From the NCBI RefSeq assembly GCF_963921235.1, contig NC_086101.1, positions 28,830,001-28,894,000 on the forward strand: 64,000 nucleotides of DNA, written 5' to 3'. The position numbers were made by a program, and so were the translations under genes. This document shows, piece after piece, positions 52,701 through 64,000 of the stretch. The stretch comes from Mobula hypostoma. Taxonomy: Eukaryota. Numbering within the stretch: position 1 is the stretch's first letter; each line of letters begins with the position of its first letter. The notes under the pieces are model-generated. The model had not been told where the DNA came from. It did no database searches and was given only the letters and a program-made list of their open reading frames with translations.

Positions 52701-54720
52701 AGGTACACCATCTTATATTCCATCTTATCCTTCTTAATGATTTTTTCAGTTGCCTTCTGCTGGGTTTTAAAAGTTTCCCAATTCTCTAATTTCCCACTAA
52801 TTTTTGCTCGATTATATGCCATCTTTTTGGCTTTTATGTTCGCTTTGACTTCTCGTTAGCCACCCACCTTGTGTCATCTCGCCTTTAGAATACATCTTCC
52901 TCTATGGGTTGTACATACATACCCTGCGCCTTCTGAATTGCTTCCAGAAACTCCATCCATTTATGTTCTGCCAACATTCCTTTCACTGTTATTTTCAAAG
53001 CAATTTTGGCCAGCTCCTCTCTCATGCCTCTGTAATTCCTTTACTCCACTGTAATCCTGATATATCTGACTTTAGCTCTCCTCAAATTGCATGGTGAATT
53101 CTATTATATTATGATTACTTACCCCAAAGAGTACCTTTACCTTAAGCTCTCTAAACAATTCTGGTTCATTGCACAACACTCAATCCAGAATAGCTGATAC
53201 CCCAGTGGACTCAACCATGAGCTGCTTTAAAAAGCCATCTGGCAAGCATTCTAGAAATTCCACTTCTTGGGATCCAGCACAAAACTGATTTTCCCAATCT
53301 ACCTGCATATTGAAATTCCTCACAACTATTGTAACATTGCCCATTTGGCATGCATTTTCTATCTCCCATTGTAATTTGTAGACCACATCCTTACTAGAGT
53401 TTTGGGATCTGTATATAACTCTCATCAGGGTCTTTTTACCCTTGAAGTTCCTTAGCTCTACCCACAATGATTCAATATCTTCTGACCCTACATCACCTTT
53501 CTAATAATTTGATTTCATTTTTTACCAACAGAGCAATGCCTCCACATCTCCCTACCCTTTTGATACAATGTGTATCCTTCAATGCGAATACACACAAAAT
53601 CATACATGCCATTCTGTAACTGTGCTACAAGTTCATTGACCTTATTCCATATACTGAGCACATTCAAATATATCATCTTTAGTCCTGTATTCACCATTTC
53701 GATTTTGTCCACTTTTTAACATTGCAACTCATCCTGTTGATTACAATTGTGCTCTATCATCAGCCTCTCCTTGCTAGGAGTCCCATTACACACTGCCTCC
53801 GTTTGTAAACCAACTACCTCATCCTCAGCACTATCACTCAGGCTCCTATCCCTGTGTCAAATTAATTTAATCCCTCCTGAACAACTCTAGCAAACCTGCA
53901 TGCAAGGATATTGTGCCCCCTTGGGTTCAGGTGTAACCCGTCCCTTTTGTACAGGCCATACCCAGAAGAGAACCCCTGACCTCTCCACTAAGTCCTTGGC
54001 CACACATACACCTGCCAAATCATACTATTCTTACCCTCACTGGCACGTGGCATGGTCAGAAATCCAGTGATTACTACACTGGGTCCTGTTTTACAGCTTT
54101 CTACACAGCTCCCTCAAATCTCTCTTCAGGACCTCCTCAACTTATCAACCCATTTCATTGGTGCCAAGATGCACCAAGATTTCTGGCTGCTTATCCTCCC
54201 TCCTGAAAATGCAATGGACCTGATCCGAGACATCTGTGATCCAGGCAACTGGGAGGCAACATACCACCTGGGTGTCTCCATCGTGCCCACAGAATCTTGT
54301 CTCTGTTCTCCTGCCTGTGGAATTTCCCATCAACACTGCAGTCTTCTTCACCTCTCTGCTCTTTCTGAGCCACAGCACCAGATTCAGTGCCAGAGAGGAG
54401 GTCACTGTGGTTACCCCCAGTAGGATGTCCCCCTCAACAGTATCTAAAGTGTTACATTTATATTGAGGGGTATGACCACAGGTGTACTCTGCACTGGCTG
54501 AGCATCTCCCCTCCTTCTCCTGACAGTCACCCATTTACCAATCTCCTGCAACCAAGGGTGACTACCTCCCTGTAGCTCCTATCTATCACTTCCTCTTTCT
54601 CCCATATGAAGCTAAGGTCAGTGAGCTGCAGCTCCAGTTCCTGAACACATTCTCCGAGGAGCCGCAGCTTGACGCACCTGGTGCAGATGTGTTTATCCGA
54701 GAGACTGGATGTCTCCCAGA
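49780..54720 (-). mobile_element. Old intronic CR1 fragments (ORF1 to ORF2) with a nested Rex1 3' fragment (+, ~51729-52303)
   Basis: GDFNLGIDW, LYACSIQNKV and HLGTNEMG motifs on minus; Rex1 ORF 51736..52092 with AATAAA(GTATGACT)n tail and TAGAA on both flanks. Confidence 0.8.
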
Positions 54721-55434
54721 ATACTCACATCTCACACACAGTATGAGACACTGCCCCTGGAGTCATTCTCACTACACTATGATGCCCTAACAGACAAGGA
54801 ATGGACAATTAAGAACAAAAATACCCCTGCTTGGATGTTTGATATCCTCTGTGTTGCTAGCTCACTTTTTGCTGTTTGTGCAATCTGTTCTCTCCCTGCA
54901 TCTTGCGTGTTTGATGTTTTCTTTGAACGGGTTCCTTGGTGCCTCTTTGTTCCTTCACTGCATCGGAGGATAAACCTCAGAGTTGTATTCTGTATAAACA
55001 CTTTGGAAATTAATCTACTTTGAATCTTTGAGTGAGGCCGCTCCCAAATGGAGACATTGACTGATCTCCCGGTCTGGGGCAGTGAGGGACCTTCTGATCA
55101 ATACTGCTGTGCTGAGGGCATTCTCCATCTTGCAGTTTGAGGATGATCTGAATTTGGGATATTGCACGACTGCTGGACTGGGAATAGTGCCTGTGACCTT
55201 GATCTGGACCTGTCCGATGAATGAACGTAATCTCTGTCTGTAGTCTGCATGAGCTTGGGCTGGGGAGGCTGATTTCAGATTAGATGGTGAGTGTAATAGT
55301 GAGGCAGATCAGGTTCTGAGGCCGTGAAGGATGTGAGAGTAATCCCAACATTGAACACTGTAACTTCAGTCTGTAACGGTAAGGTAACATCAGCCTGTGT
55401 TGAGGTGGTGACATAATTTTTGATTCTTCCCCAG

Positions 55435-55701
55435 TTTCTCCAAAGACTCAGGTGTTGACAAGGAGGCCAACAGCTACTGAAGGCGAGAGTCTGTCGTGCA
55501 TCATCACTCCCTTCTACCCCCGTGCTATCAATGCCACTTGGCTGAAGAATGGGCAGGTTGTCTCTGAGGGCTACAAGGTGACTGTGCTACCAAACTACAA
55601 TGATACATACTGGATGGAACTCGTCATTGAGCTGCAGGGCAACGACCCGAACATCTATGCTTGTCATGTCGAGCACAGCACCCTGCCAAAGGCGAAGGGA
55701 G
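55435..55701 (+). CDS. MHC class I-like alpha3 (Ig C1-set) exon
   Basis: TTCTTCCCCAG acceptor, G|GTAGGT donor (alternative G|GTACAG at 55717), phase 1-1. VSPKTQV...LSCIITPFYPRAINATWLKNG...YACHVEHSTLP. Confidence 0.93.
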
Positions 55702-57979
55702 GTAGGTCATCGTACGGTACAGAAATTGCTTCATTCTGCCTGTGGTGGCTCATGGACTCGTGCAGCAGAGAAGGAGGCTCTTCAGCCTGTCTGATTCATG
55801 CAAACCCTCTAGTTATCAAAAACGCTTGGCCCGTCCCCTTCTTTAACTTAATGATTCAACTGTCATCTAGATACGTCTTGAAAATTATGACGGTTTCTGC
55901 CTCCACCATCTCCTCAGGCAGTCCATTCCCAACTCCAACACGCCCTTGGTGAAAGTATTCATCTGTAGATTCCCTGTAAACCTCTTAGTCATTATCTTAA
56001 ACCTACGTCGAGTTATAGGCACCTTTACTACGGGGAAGGGTTTACAACTGTTCAAGCAAACACATGAAGTGGAAGAATAAACTGCAGCAAGTTAAACCTG
56101 TAGCATTCTTCAGAATCAGAATCAGGTTTATTGTTGCTGGCATCTGTTGTGAAATTTGTTAACTTAGCGGCAGCAGAACAATGCAATGCATGATAATATA
56201 GAAAAAATATAAAACAAGTAAGTAAATCAACTACAGTAATTATATATATGTATATTGAGCAGATTTTAAAATAGTGCAAAAACAGAAATAATATATATTT
56301 TTTAAAATTCTTCCAACATTTTCTATGTGTTTCCTATCTACACCCCTAATAAACCTGTATAACTCCATCAGGTCCATCCTCAGTCTCCTCCCATCTAAAG
56401 AAAACAAAACCTGCGTATCTATTCTCTCTTCCCATTCCATCTGAGCCACATTCCGGCGAATCTCCTCCGCACTCTGTCCAATGCAATCACATCTCTCCTC
56501 TGCTCTGGTGACCAGAACTGTAAACAATACTCAGAATGTAGCCTCACCGGTGTTTTATAAAGCTGTACCATAATTCCCATGCCCTTGTATTCTATGCACT
56601 GATAATTGGTATCTCATACACTTCCTTCACCACCCTATTTACCTCTTTGAAAGACCTAATCAAGAATCTCCACCATAAAGCTGCACCATAAGTTCCCTTC
56701 TCTTGAATTCTATGCCCTAATCAATGAAATCCAGCATCCTGTAGGCTATCTTCACCACCTTGTCCTCTACTTTGAATGACTTGCTCAAGTAGCCCCACTC
56801 CTTCTCACACACCTCTGAAAATTTCTTAATTCCAAGAACATATCCCATTTCCATTTTGGAAGTTATTATTTACCGTGCTCTTTTATCACTCGAATTAAAT
56901 CTGTTCCTTCTGCTCACCAGATGTTACAGAAGCAGTTGAGCTGTTGGTCAAAGAAATATAGTAAGAACTCAACAGAAAGAACAACTAAGAAGCAATTGGG
57001 ACTGTGGGGAAGACCTGACTGTCAAGTGGTCACTGCTTGGCTGTTGGGTGTTTGATTGTCATAGATTCATAGAATTCTGCAGCAGAGAAACAGACCCTTC
57101 AGCCCAACACACCTTTGTCAATCAAGATTCCGGTTCAAAGAAGTCCCATTTATCCTGGCCCATATCTCCCTAAACCCTTCAGATCCATGTACTGGTAGAT
57201 GTATCTTTTAAAAGATGTTAACTTGTCTGCCTCAACCACTTCTTCTGGCACCCATAAATTGACCATCATGTTGCCACTCAGGTTCCTGTTACATCTTTTC
57301 TCTCTTAACTTAAACCTATACCATCAGGAGCCCTGAAAAATTATTGTGCATTCTCTCTATGCCCCTCAAAACTTTATATACCTCTCTCTATAACTCAGCC
57401 CCCTACACTCCAGGGAAAATAATCCCAGCCTATCTTATCTCTCCTTATATCTCAAGCATTCCATTCCTGGCACCATCCTTGTGAATCTCCTCTGCATCCT
57501 TTCCATCCTAATGACATCCTTCCTTCCTCAAAGCACCTTCCATTCTCTTATGTTCCAATACTACCCACATAGGACTACCCTGCCCCGCACCCTGCGCTCC
57601 CCCCCCCCCGCCCCGCTTCTCCCGACTCCCATCAGGCACAGATACAAAAGCCTGAAAGCATGTACTACAATGATCAATGAACACGTCTGTCTTTCTCCTG
57701 TGAGAAAATTGAATGGACCCAAACATAGTAAGATAGGCATCTGACCTCACAATCGAACTTTTAATGGTCTTGCATCCTATTGCCAGCTAGCACCACACAT
57801 CCGTTGTAAAAGTAATACATTACTCTGCATTCTGTTATTGTTTTCCCTTGTACAAACTTAATATCCTGATGTAATGATCTGTATGGACGGAATGCAAACC
57901 ATGTATTTCCACGCTACCTGGTAACTGGTGACAATAATAAAATAATTTATACATTTACCGATCTTTACTTGGTGAACAG

Positions 57980-58096
57980 GAGTTGGTGAGCCCCATGGTG
58001 CAGGTCCTATGTTGGGGCTGATGACTGTGTTTGCAATAATCTTTGGAGTGATGTAGAGGTGCAGCAAGGAGAGAACCAAGGCATCACTGGAGGTGG
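57980..58096 (+). CDS. Connecting peptide/TM exon with in-frame TAG (58054-58056)
   Basis: CAG acceptor, phase 1: GVGEPHGAGPMLGLMTVFAIIFGVM*RCSKERTKASLEV, donor G|GTAAAC at 58097. Confidence 0.7.
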
Positions 58097-58182
58097 GTAA
58101 ACGTACAGATGCCTTTGTTAAACCTGTTTGCTGTGACAGTATTAGACTGTACATTCAATCTCCTCTCTTTTCTCCTTTGCAG

Positions 58183-58217
58183 ATCAGCATTTGGCTCTAA
58201 GTCAAGCACAGTTCTGA
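58183..58217 (+). CDS. Putative cytoplasmic-tail/terminal exon (DQHLALSQAQF*)
   Basis: Strong pyrimidine tract plus TTTGCAG acceptor after an 86-nt intron. It is translated only if the upstream TAG is absent. Confidence 0.55.
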
Positions 58218-58614
58218 ACACAGGGTGCAGCTTCAAACACGTTTTTTTGATGAGTGACCGCACATCTCAGCAAGCTTAGTCAGAATCAGGATCAGATTTA
58301 ATATCACTGGCATAGATCGTGAGATTTATTAACTTTATGGCAGCAGTACAATGAAATTGACAATAAATAAAAAACTGAGTTACATAAAGTATATTTATGG
58401 CTGTTAAGTTAAAATAAGTAGTGCAAAATAACAGAAATAAAAGAAGTAGGAAGTAGTGTTCATGGGTTCAATGTCCATTGATAAATCGGCTGGCAGAGGG
58501 GAAGAAGCTGTGCCTTCAGGCTTCTGTGCCTCCTTCCTGATGAGCTCCAGATGGGAAGAGGGCATGTCCTGGGTGGTGGTGGATGTAGCCTTCCTAAGGC
58601 ATCGCTCCTTGAAG

Positions 58615-58814
58615 NNNNNNNNNNNNNNNNNNNNNNNNNNNNNNNNNNNNNNNNNNNNNNNNNNNNNNNNNNNNNNNNNNNNNNNNNNNNNNNNNNNNNN
58701 NNNNNNNNNNNNNNNNNNNNNNNNNNNNNNNNNNNNNNNNNNNNNNNNNNNNNNNNNNNNNNNNNNNNNNNNNNNNNNNNNNNNNNNNNNNNNNNNNNNN
58801 NNNNNNNNNNNNNN
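58615..58814. other. Assembly gap (200 N)
   Basis: Run of exactly 200 N; the next contig begins GATC. Confidence 0.99.
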
Positions 58815-61800
58815 GATCCCAGGTACTCACATTTTATTGACTCTGCCTCTCGCCGCTTCTCCCGTCAAGCTCTGAAGGCGACGCTCTCCGCCATGAGGAG
58901 GTACTTGGTGTCCCTATCCCAGACCCTTCCACACCTTCGGGACACTTTCTTCGCCGTCTGTAATGGTCCTACCCGTTATTTCATCCTCCGTCGGATACAC
59001 GCCTGCAATCGCCGTTTTTTTGACTTTGTCATGTTACATAGAAACATAGAAAATAGGTGCAGGAGTAGGCCATTCGGCCCTTCGAGCCTGCACCGCCATT
59101 TATTATGATCATGGCTGATCATCCAACTCAGGCAAAGATCGCAAGATCCTACATCTACGGACTCCAGAGCCTGCCGGCCCCGACGCTAGCAGGCATGAAT
59201 TTCAGATTGCGGGCTCTGCCATTGATCTCGGCGGCTCCAACACCTCAGGGCATATTCAAAACCCGGACTCCAGCAACGACCAGGGACCACATTCGAAGTG
59301 ATTGCGCAACCACCAACTGCGACTCCAGCCTTGAACTCCAGGCCGGGTCTTTATGTGCTGCTATTGTGACTCCCGTCTCCCCTTCCCCCACCACCACTCC
59401 GCAGCCCCGTCTTCCTCAGATCCCACCGTCAACTCCTGGGCCCTCAGAGGCTCCATCTACCTCTCACCCCAACCCTCCCCTCTCCACTGACACCACCAGC
59501 CTCCCCCTCCCCCCTCTGATCCCAGCTCTCATCTGTGCCGGGTCTTTACCATCCCCTCCGACCTTCAACTGTCGGAGGCAGAACGCTCTGTCCTCAGTAA
59601 GGGCCTCGCGTTTGTCCCCCTTCGCCCACACCTCAGCGAGTTCCGTGTTCGCCATGATGCGGAACTTTTCTTTCCGCCGTCTCCGTCTCCGAGCCTACTT
59701 CTTTGGCAAGGACTCTTCCACCCCCACCGATGACCCCTTCTCCCTGTCTTCAACCCTCCTCTTCTTCATGGACACCCCGCTCTGGTCTTCTGCCTGCTCT
59801 GGATCTCTTTATTGCTGACTGCCGACGGGACATCAACCGTCTCGAGCTTCACCGCACCTTGTCCCCATTCCAACCTCACTCCTTCGGAACGCTCTGTACT
59901 CTCCACTCCCTCCGCGGTGACTAATCCTAACCTTTATTATTAAACCCGCCGATAACGGGGGTGCTGTTGTAGTCTGGCGTACTGACCTCTACCTTGCCGA
60001 GGCACAGCGACAACTCGCCGATACCTCCTCTTATTTACCCCTCGATCGTGACCCCACTAAGGAGCACCAGGCCATTGTCTCCCACACCATCACCGACTTT
60101 ATCCGCTCAGGTGATCTCCCATCCACTGCTACCAACCTTATAGTTCCCACACCCCGCACTTCCCGTTTCTACCTCCTACCCAAGATCCACAAACCTGTCT
60201 GTCCTGGCCGACCTATTGTCTCAGCTTACTCCTGCCCCACCGAACTCATTTCTGCATACCTCGACACTGTTTTATCACCCCTTGTTCAATCCCTTCCGAC
60301 CTATGTTCGTGACACTTCTCACGCTCTTAAACTTTTCGATGATTTTAAGTTCCCTGGCCCCCACCGCTTTATTTTCACCATGGATGTCCAGTCCTTATAT
60401 ACTTCCATCCCCCACCAGGAAGGTCTCAAAGCTCTACGCTTCTTTTTGGATTCCAGACCTAATCAGTTCCCCTCTACCACCACTCTGCTCCGTCTAGCGG
60501 AATTAGTCCTTACTCTTAATAATTTCTCCTTTGGTTCCTCCCACTTCCTCCAAACTAAAGGTGTAGCTATGGGCACCCGTATGGGTCCTAGCTATGCCTG
60601 CCTTTTTGTTGGGTTTGTGGAACAATCTATGTTCCGTGCCTATTCTGCTATCTGTCCCCCACTTTTCCTTCGCTACATCGACGACTGCATTGGCGCTGCT
60701 TCCTGCACGCATGCAGAACTCGTTGACTTTATTAACTTTGCCTCCAACTTTCACCCTGCCCTCAAGTTTACCTGGTCCATTTCTGACACCTGTCTCCCCT
60801 TTCTAGATCTTTCTGTCTCTGTCTCTGGAGACAGCTTATCCACTGATGTCTACTATAAGCCTACTGACTCTCACAGCTATCTGGACTATTCCTCTTCTCA
60901 CCCTGTCTCTTGCAAAAACGCCATCCCCTTCTCGCAATTCCTCCATTTCCACCGCATCTGCTCTCAGGATGAGGCTTTTCATTCTTGGACGAGGGAGATG
61001 TCTTCCTTTTTTAAAGAAAGGGGCTTCCCTTCCTCCACTATCAACTCTGCTCTTAAACGCATCTCCCCCATTTCACGTACATCTGCTCTCACTCCATCCT
61101 CCCGCCACCCCACTAGGAATAGGGTTCCCCTGGTCCTCACCTACCACCCCACCAGCCTCCGGGTCCAACATATTATTCTCCGTAACATACGCCACCTCCA
61201 ACGGGATCGCACCACTAAGCACATCTTTCCCACCCCCCCCTCTGCATTCCACAAGGATCGCTCTCTACACAACTCCCTTGTCCATTCGTTCCCCCCCATC
61301 CCTCCCCACTGATCTCCCTCCTGGCACTTATCCGTGTAAGCAGAACAAGTGCTACACATGCCCTTACACTTCCTCCCTTACCACCATTCAGGGCTCCAAA
61401 CAGTCCTTCCAGGTGAGGCATCACTTCACCTGTGAGTCGACTGGGGTGATATACTGTGTCCGGTGCTCCCGATGTGGCCTTTTATATATTGGCAAGACCC
61501 GACGCAGACTGGGAGACCGCTTTGCTGAACATCTACGCTCTGTCCGCCAGAGAAAGCAGGATCTCCCAGCGGTCACACATTTTAATTCCACATCCCATTC
61601 CCATTCTGACATGTCTATCCACGGCCTCCTCTACTGTAAAGATGAAGCCACACTCAGGTTGGAGGAACAACACCTTATATTCCGTCTGGGTAGCCTCCAA
61701 CCTGATGGCATGAACATTGACTTCTCTAACTTCCGCTAAGGCCCCACCTCCCCCTTGTACCCCATCTGTTACTCATTTTTATGCACATATTCTTTCTCTC

Positions 61801-62171
61801 ACTCTCCTTTTTCTCCCTCTGTCCCTCTGAATATACCTCTTGCCCATCCTCTGGGTCAACCTCCCCCCTCCTTGTCTTTCTTCCCGGACCTCCTGTCCCA
61901 TGATCCTCTCGTATCCCCTTTTGCCTATCACCTGTCCAGCTCTCGGCTCTATCCCTCCCCCTCCTGTCTTCTCCTATCATTTTGGATCTCCCCCTCCCCC
62001 TCCAACTTTCAAATCCCTTACTCACTCTTCCTTCAGTTTGTCCTGACGAAGGGTCTCGGCCTGAAACGTCGACTGCACCTCTTCCTACAGATGCTGCTTG
62101 GCCTGCTGTGTTCACCAGCAACTTTGATGTATGTTACTTGAATTTCCAGCATCTGCAGAATTCCTGTTGTT
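58815..62171 (+). mobile_element. Penelope-like element (RT plus GIY-YIG endonuclease), near full length, frameshifted; ~95-bp CR1 tail inserted at ~59036-59130
   Basis: RT 60380..61312 (MDVQSLYTSIP, GVAMGTRMGP, RYIDD), linker CKQNKCYTC, GIY-YIG VIYCVRCSRCGLLYIGKT...RFAEH (60846..61739), pLTR tail. Confidence 0.93.
62040..62073 (+). ncRNA. Minimal type I hammerhead ribozyme with intact catalytic core
   Basis: GTC-CTGACGA-AGGGTCTCGGCCT-GAAA-CGTC-GAC: CUGANGA, stem II AGG/CCU, GAAA, palindromic ACGU in place of stem III, GUC cleavage triplet (after 62070), stem I GUC/GAC. Confidence 0.75.
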
Positions 62172-64000
62172 TAGGGAACATAAAAACTGACTGTAAAAGC
62201 TTTTATAGATATGTAAAAAGGAAAAGACTGGTAAAGAAAAATGTAGGTCCCCTACAGACAGAAACAGGTGAATTGATTCTGGGGAGCAAGGACGTGGCAG
62301 ACCAATTGAATAATTACTTTGGTGCTGTCTTCACTAAGGAGGACATAAATAATCTTCCAGAAATAGTAGGGGACAGAGGGTCCAGTGAGATGGAGGAACT
62401 GAGGGAAATTCATGTTAGTAGGGAAGTGGTGTTAGGTAAATTGAAGGATATGGTCTGCATCCCAGAGTGCTTAAGGAAGTAGCCCAAGAAATAGTGGATG
62501 CATTAGTGATAATTTTTCAAAACTCGTTAGATTATGGACTAGTTCCTGAGGATTGGAGGGTGGTTAATGTAACCCCATTTTTTAAAAAAGGAGGGAGAGA
62601 GAAACCAGGAATTATAGACCAGTTAGCCTAACATCAGTGGTGGGGAAACTGCTAGAGTCAGTTATCAAAGATGTGATAACAGCACATTTTGAAAGCGGTG
62701 AAATCATCGAACAAAGTCAGCATGGATTTGTGAAAGGAAAATCATGTCTGACGAATCTCATAGAATTTTTTGAGGATGTAACTAGTAGAGTGGATGGGGA
62801 GAACCAGTGGATGTGGTATATTTGGATTTTCAAAAGGCTTTTGATAAAGTCCCGCACAGGAGATCAGTGTGCAAACTTAAAGCACACAGTATTGGGGGTA
62901 AGGTATTGATGTGGATAGAGAATTGGTTGGCAGGCAGGAAGCAAAGAGTTGGAATAAACGGGACCTTTTCAGAATGGCAGGCAGTGACTAGTAGGGTACC
63001 GCAAGGCTCAGTGCTGGGACCCCAGTTGTTTACAATATATATTAATGACTTGGATGAGGGAATTAAATGCAGCATCTCCAAGTCTGCGGATGACACGAAG
63101 CTGGGCGGCAGTGTTAGCTGTGAGGAGGATGCTAAGAGGATGCAGGGTGACTTGGATAGGTTAGGTGAGTGGGCAAATTCATGGAAGATGCAATTTAATG
63201 TGGATAAATGTGAAGTTATCCACTTTGGTGGCAAAAACAGGAAAACAGATTATTATCTGAATGGTGGCCGATTAGGAAAAGGAGAGGTGCAACAAGACCT
63301 GGGTGTCATTATACACCAGTCATTGAAAATGAGCATGTAGGTACAGCAGGCGGTGCAAAAGGCGAATGGTATGCTGGCATTTATAGCGAGAGGATTTGAG
63401 TACAGGAGCAGGGAGGTACTACTGCAGTTGTACAAGGCCTTGGTGAGACCACACCTGGAGTATTGTGTGCAGTTTTGGTCCCCTAATCTGAGGAAAGACA
63501 TTCTTGCCATTGAGGGAGTACAAAGAAGGTTCACCAGATTGATTCCTGGAATGGCAGGACTTTCATATGATGAAAGACTGGATGAACTAGGCTTATACTC
63601 GTTGGAATTTAGAAGATTGAGGGGGAATCTGATTGAAATGTATAACATGCTAAAGGGATTGGACAGGCTAGATGCAGGAAGATTGTTCCCGATGTTGGGG
63701 AAGTCCAGAACAAGGGGTCACAGTTTGAGGATAAAGGGGAAGCCTTTTAGGACCGAGATGAGGAAAAACTTCTTCACATAGAGAGTGGTGAATCTGTGGA
63801 ATTCTCTGCCACAGGAAACAGTTGAGGCCAGTTCATTGGCTATATTTAAGACGGAGTTAGATATGGCCCTGGTGGCTAAAGGGATCAGGGGGTATGGAGG
63901 GAAGGCTGGTGCAGGGTTCTGAGTTGGATGATCAGCCATGATCATACTGAATGGTGGTGCAGGCTCGAAGGGCCAAATGGCCTACTCCTGCACTTATTTT
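62172..64000 (+). mobile_element. CR1 ORF2 RT to 3' end, 5'-truncated
   Basis: ORFs 61982..62482 (C-terminal half), 62637..62909, 62807..63340 and 63353..63781. Confidence 0.95.

Noticed and set aside
44338-54720. Antisense bias of intronic CR1s as evidence of selection on the gene
   Set aside because: There are few events, some sense-strand fragments occur, and minus-strand CR1s also dominate outside the gene.
42698-55701. Two-domain class II or W-category chain (alpha1 plus Ig only)
   Set aside because: A bona fide alpha2 exon exists at 46790-47050, giving three-domain class I architecture.
58362-58367. AATAAA as the gene's polyadenylation signal
   Set aside because: It lies in an A/T-rich antisense Rex1-type tail; possible but unsupported without 3' end data.
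103-63945. Many short antisense ORFs repeated across the window (e.g. MPPKWITSHLST..., MIMADHPTQNP...)
   Set aside because: They are shadow ORFs on the opposite strand of CR1 copies and recur only because the repeat recurs.
1-64000. Terminal redundancy suggesting a circular or viral replicon
   Set aside because: The content is spliced vertebrate gene plus LINEs with a scaffold gap; tandem duplication or assembly artefact explains it.

Overview
Vertebrate nuclear DNA, most likely an elasmobranch (ray or shark). This is inferred from the CR1/Rex1/Penelope repeat complement and the gene type. Most of the window is nested, decayed retroelements: many CR1 LINE pieces, a Gypsy LTR element with a PNMA-like gag (9498-25457), a full-length L1-clade LINE (25709-31961) whose RT active site is interrupted by a solo LTR, Rex1/Babar fragments, and Penelope-like elements carrying minimal hammerhead ribozyme motifs. 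The one host gene is a + strand, highly divergent non-classical MHC class I-like gene, assembled by eye. Its exons are leader (~42366-42447), alpha1 (42698-42946), alpha2 (46790-47050, GC-AG donor), alpha3 (55435-55701), TM (57980-58096) and cytoplasmic (58183-58217), all joined in phase 1. It lacks most classical peptide-anchor residues and has an extra Cys pair in alpha2. It also has no in-frame ATG in the leader exon and an in-frame TAG at the end of the TM helix. Positions 1-850 recur almost identically at 63151-64000, suggesting a ~63.15 kb tandem gene duplication or an assembly/haplotype artefact across the 200-N gap at 58615-58814. No rRNA, tRNA or CRISPR features were seen. All alignments and residue numbering are by eye.
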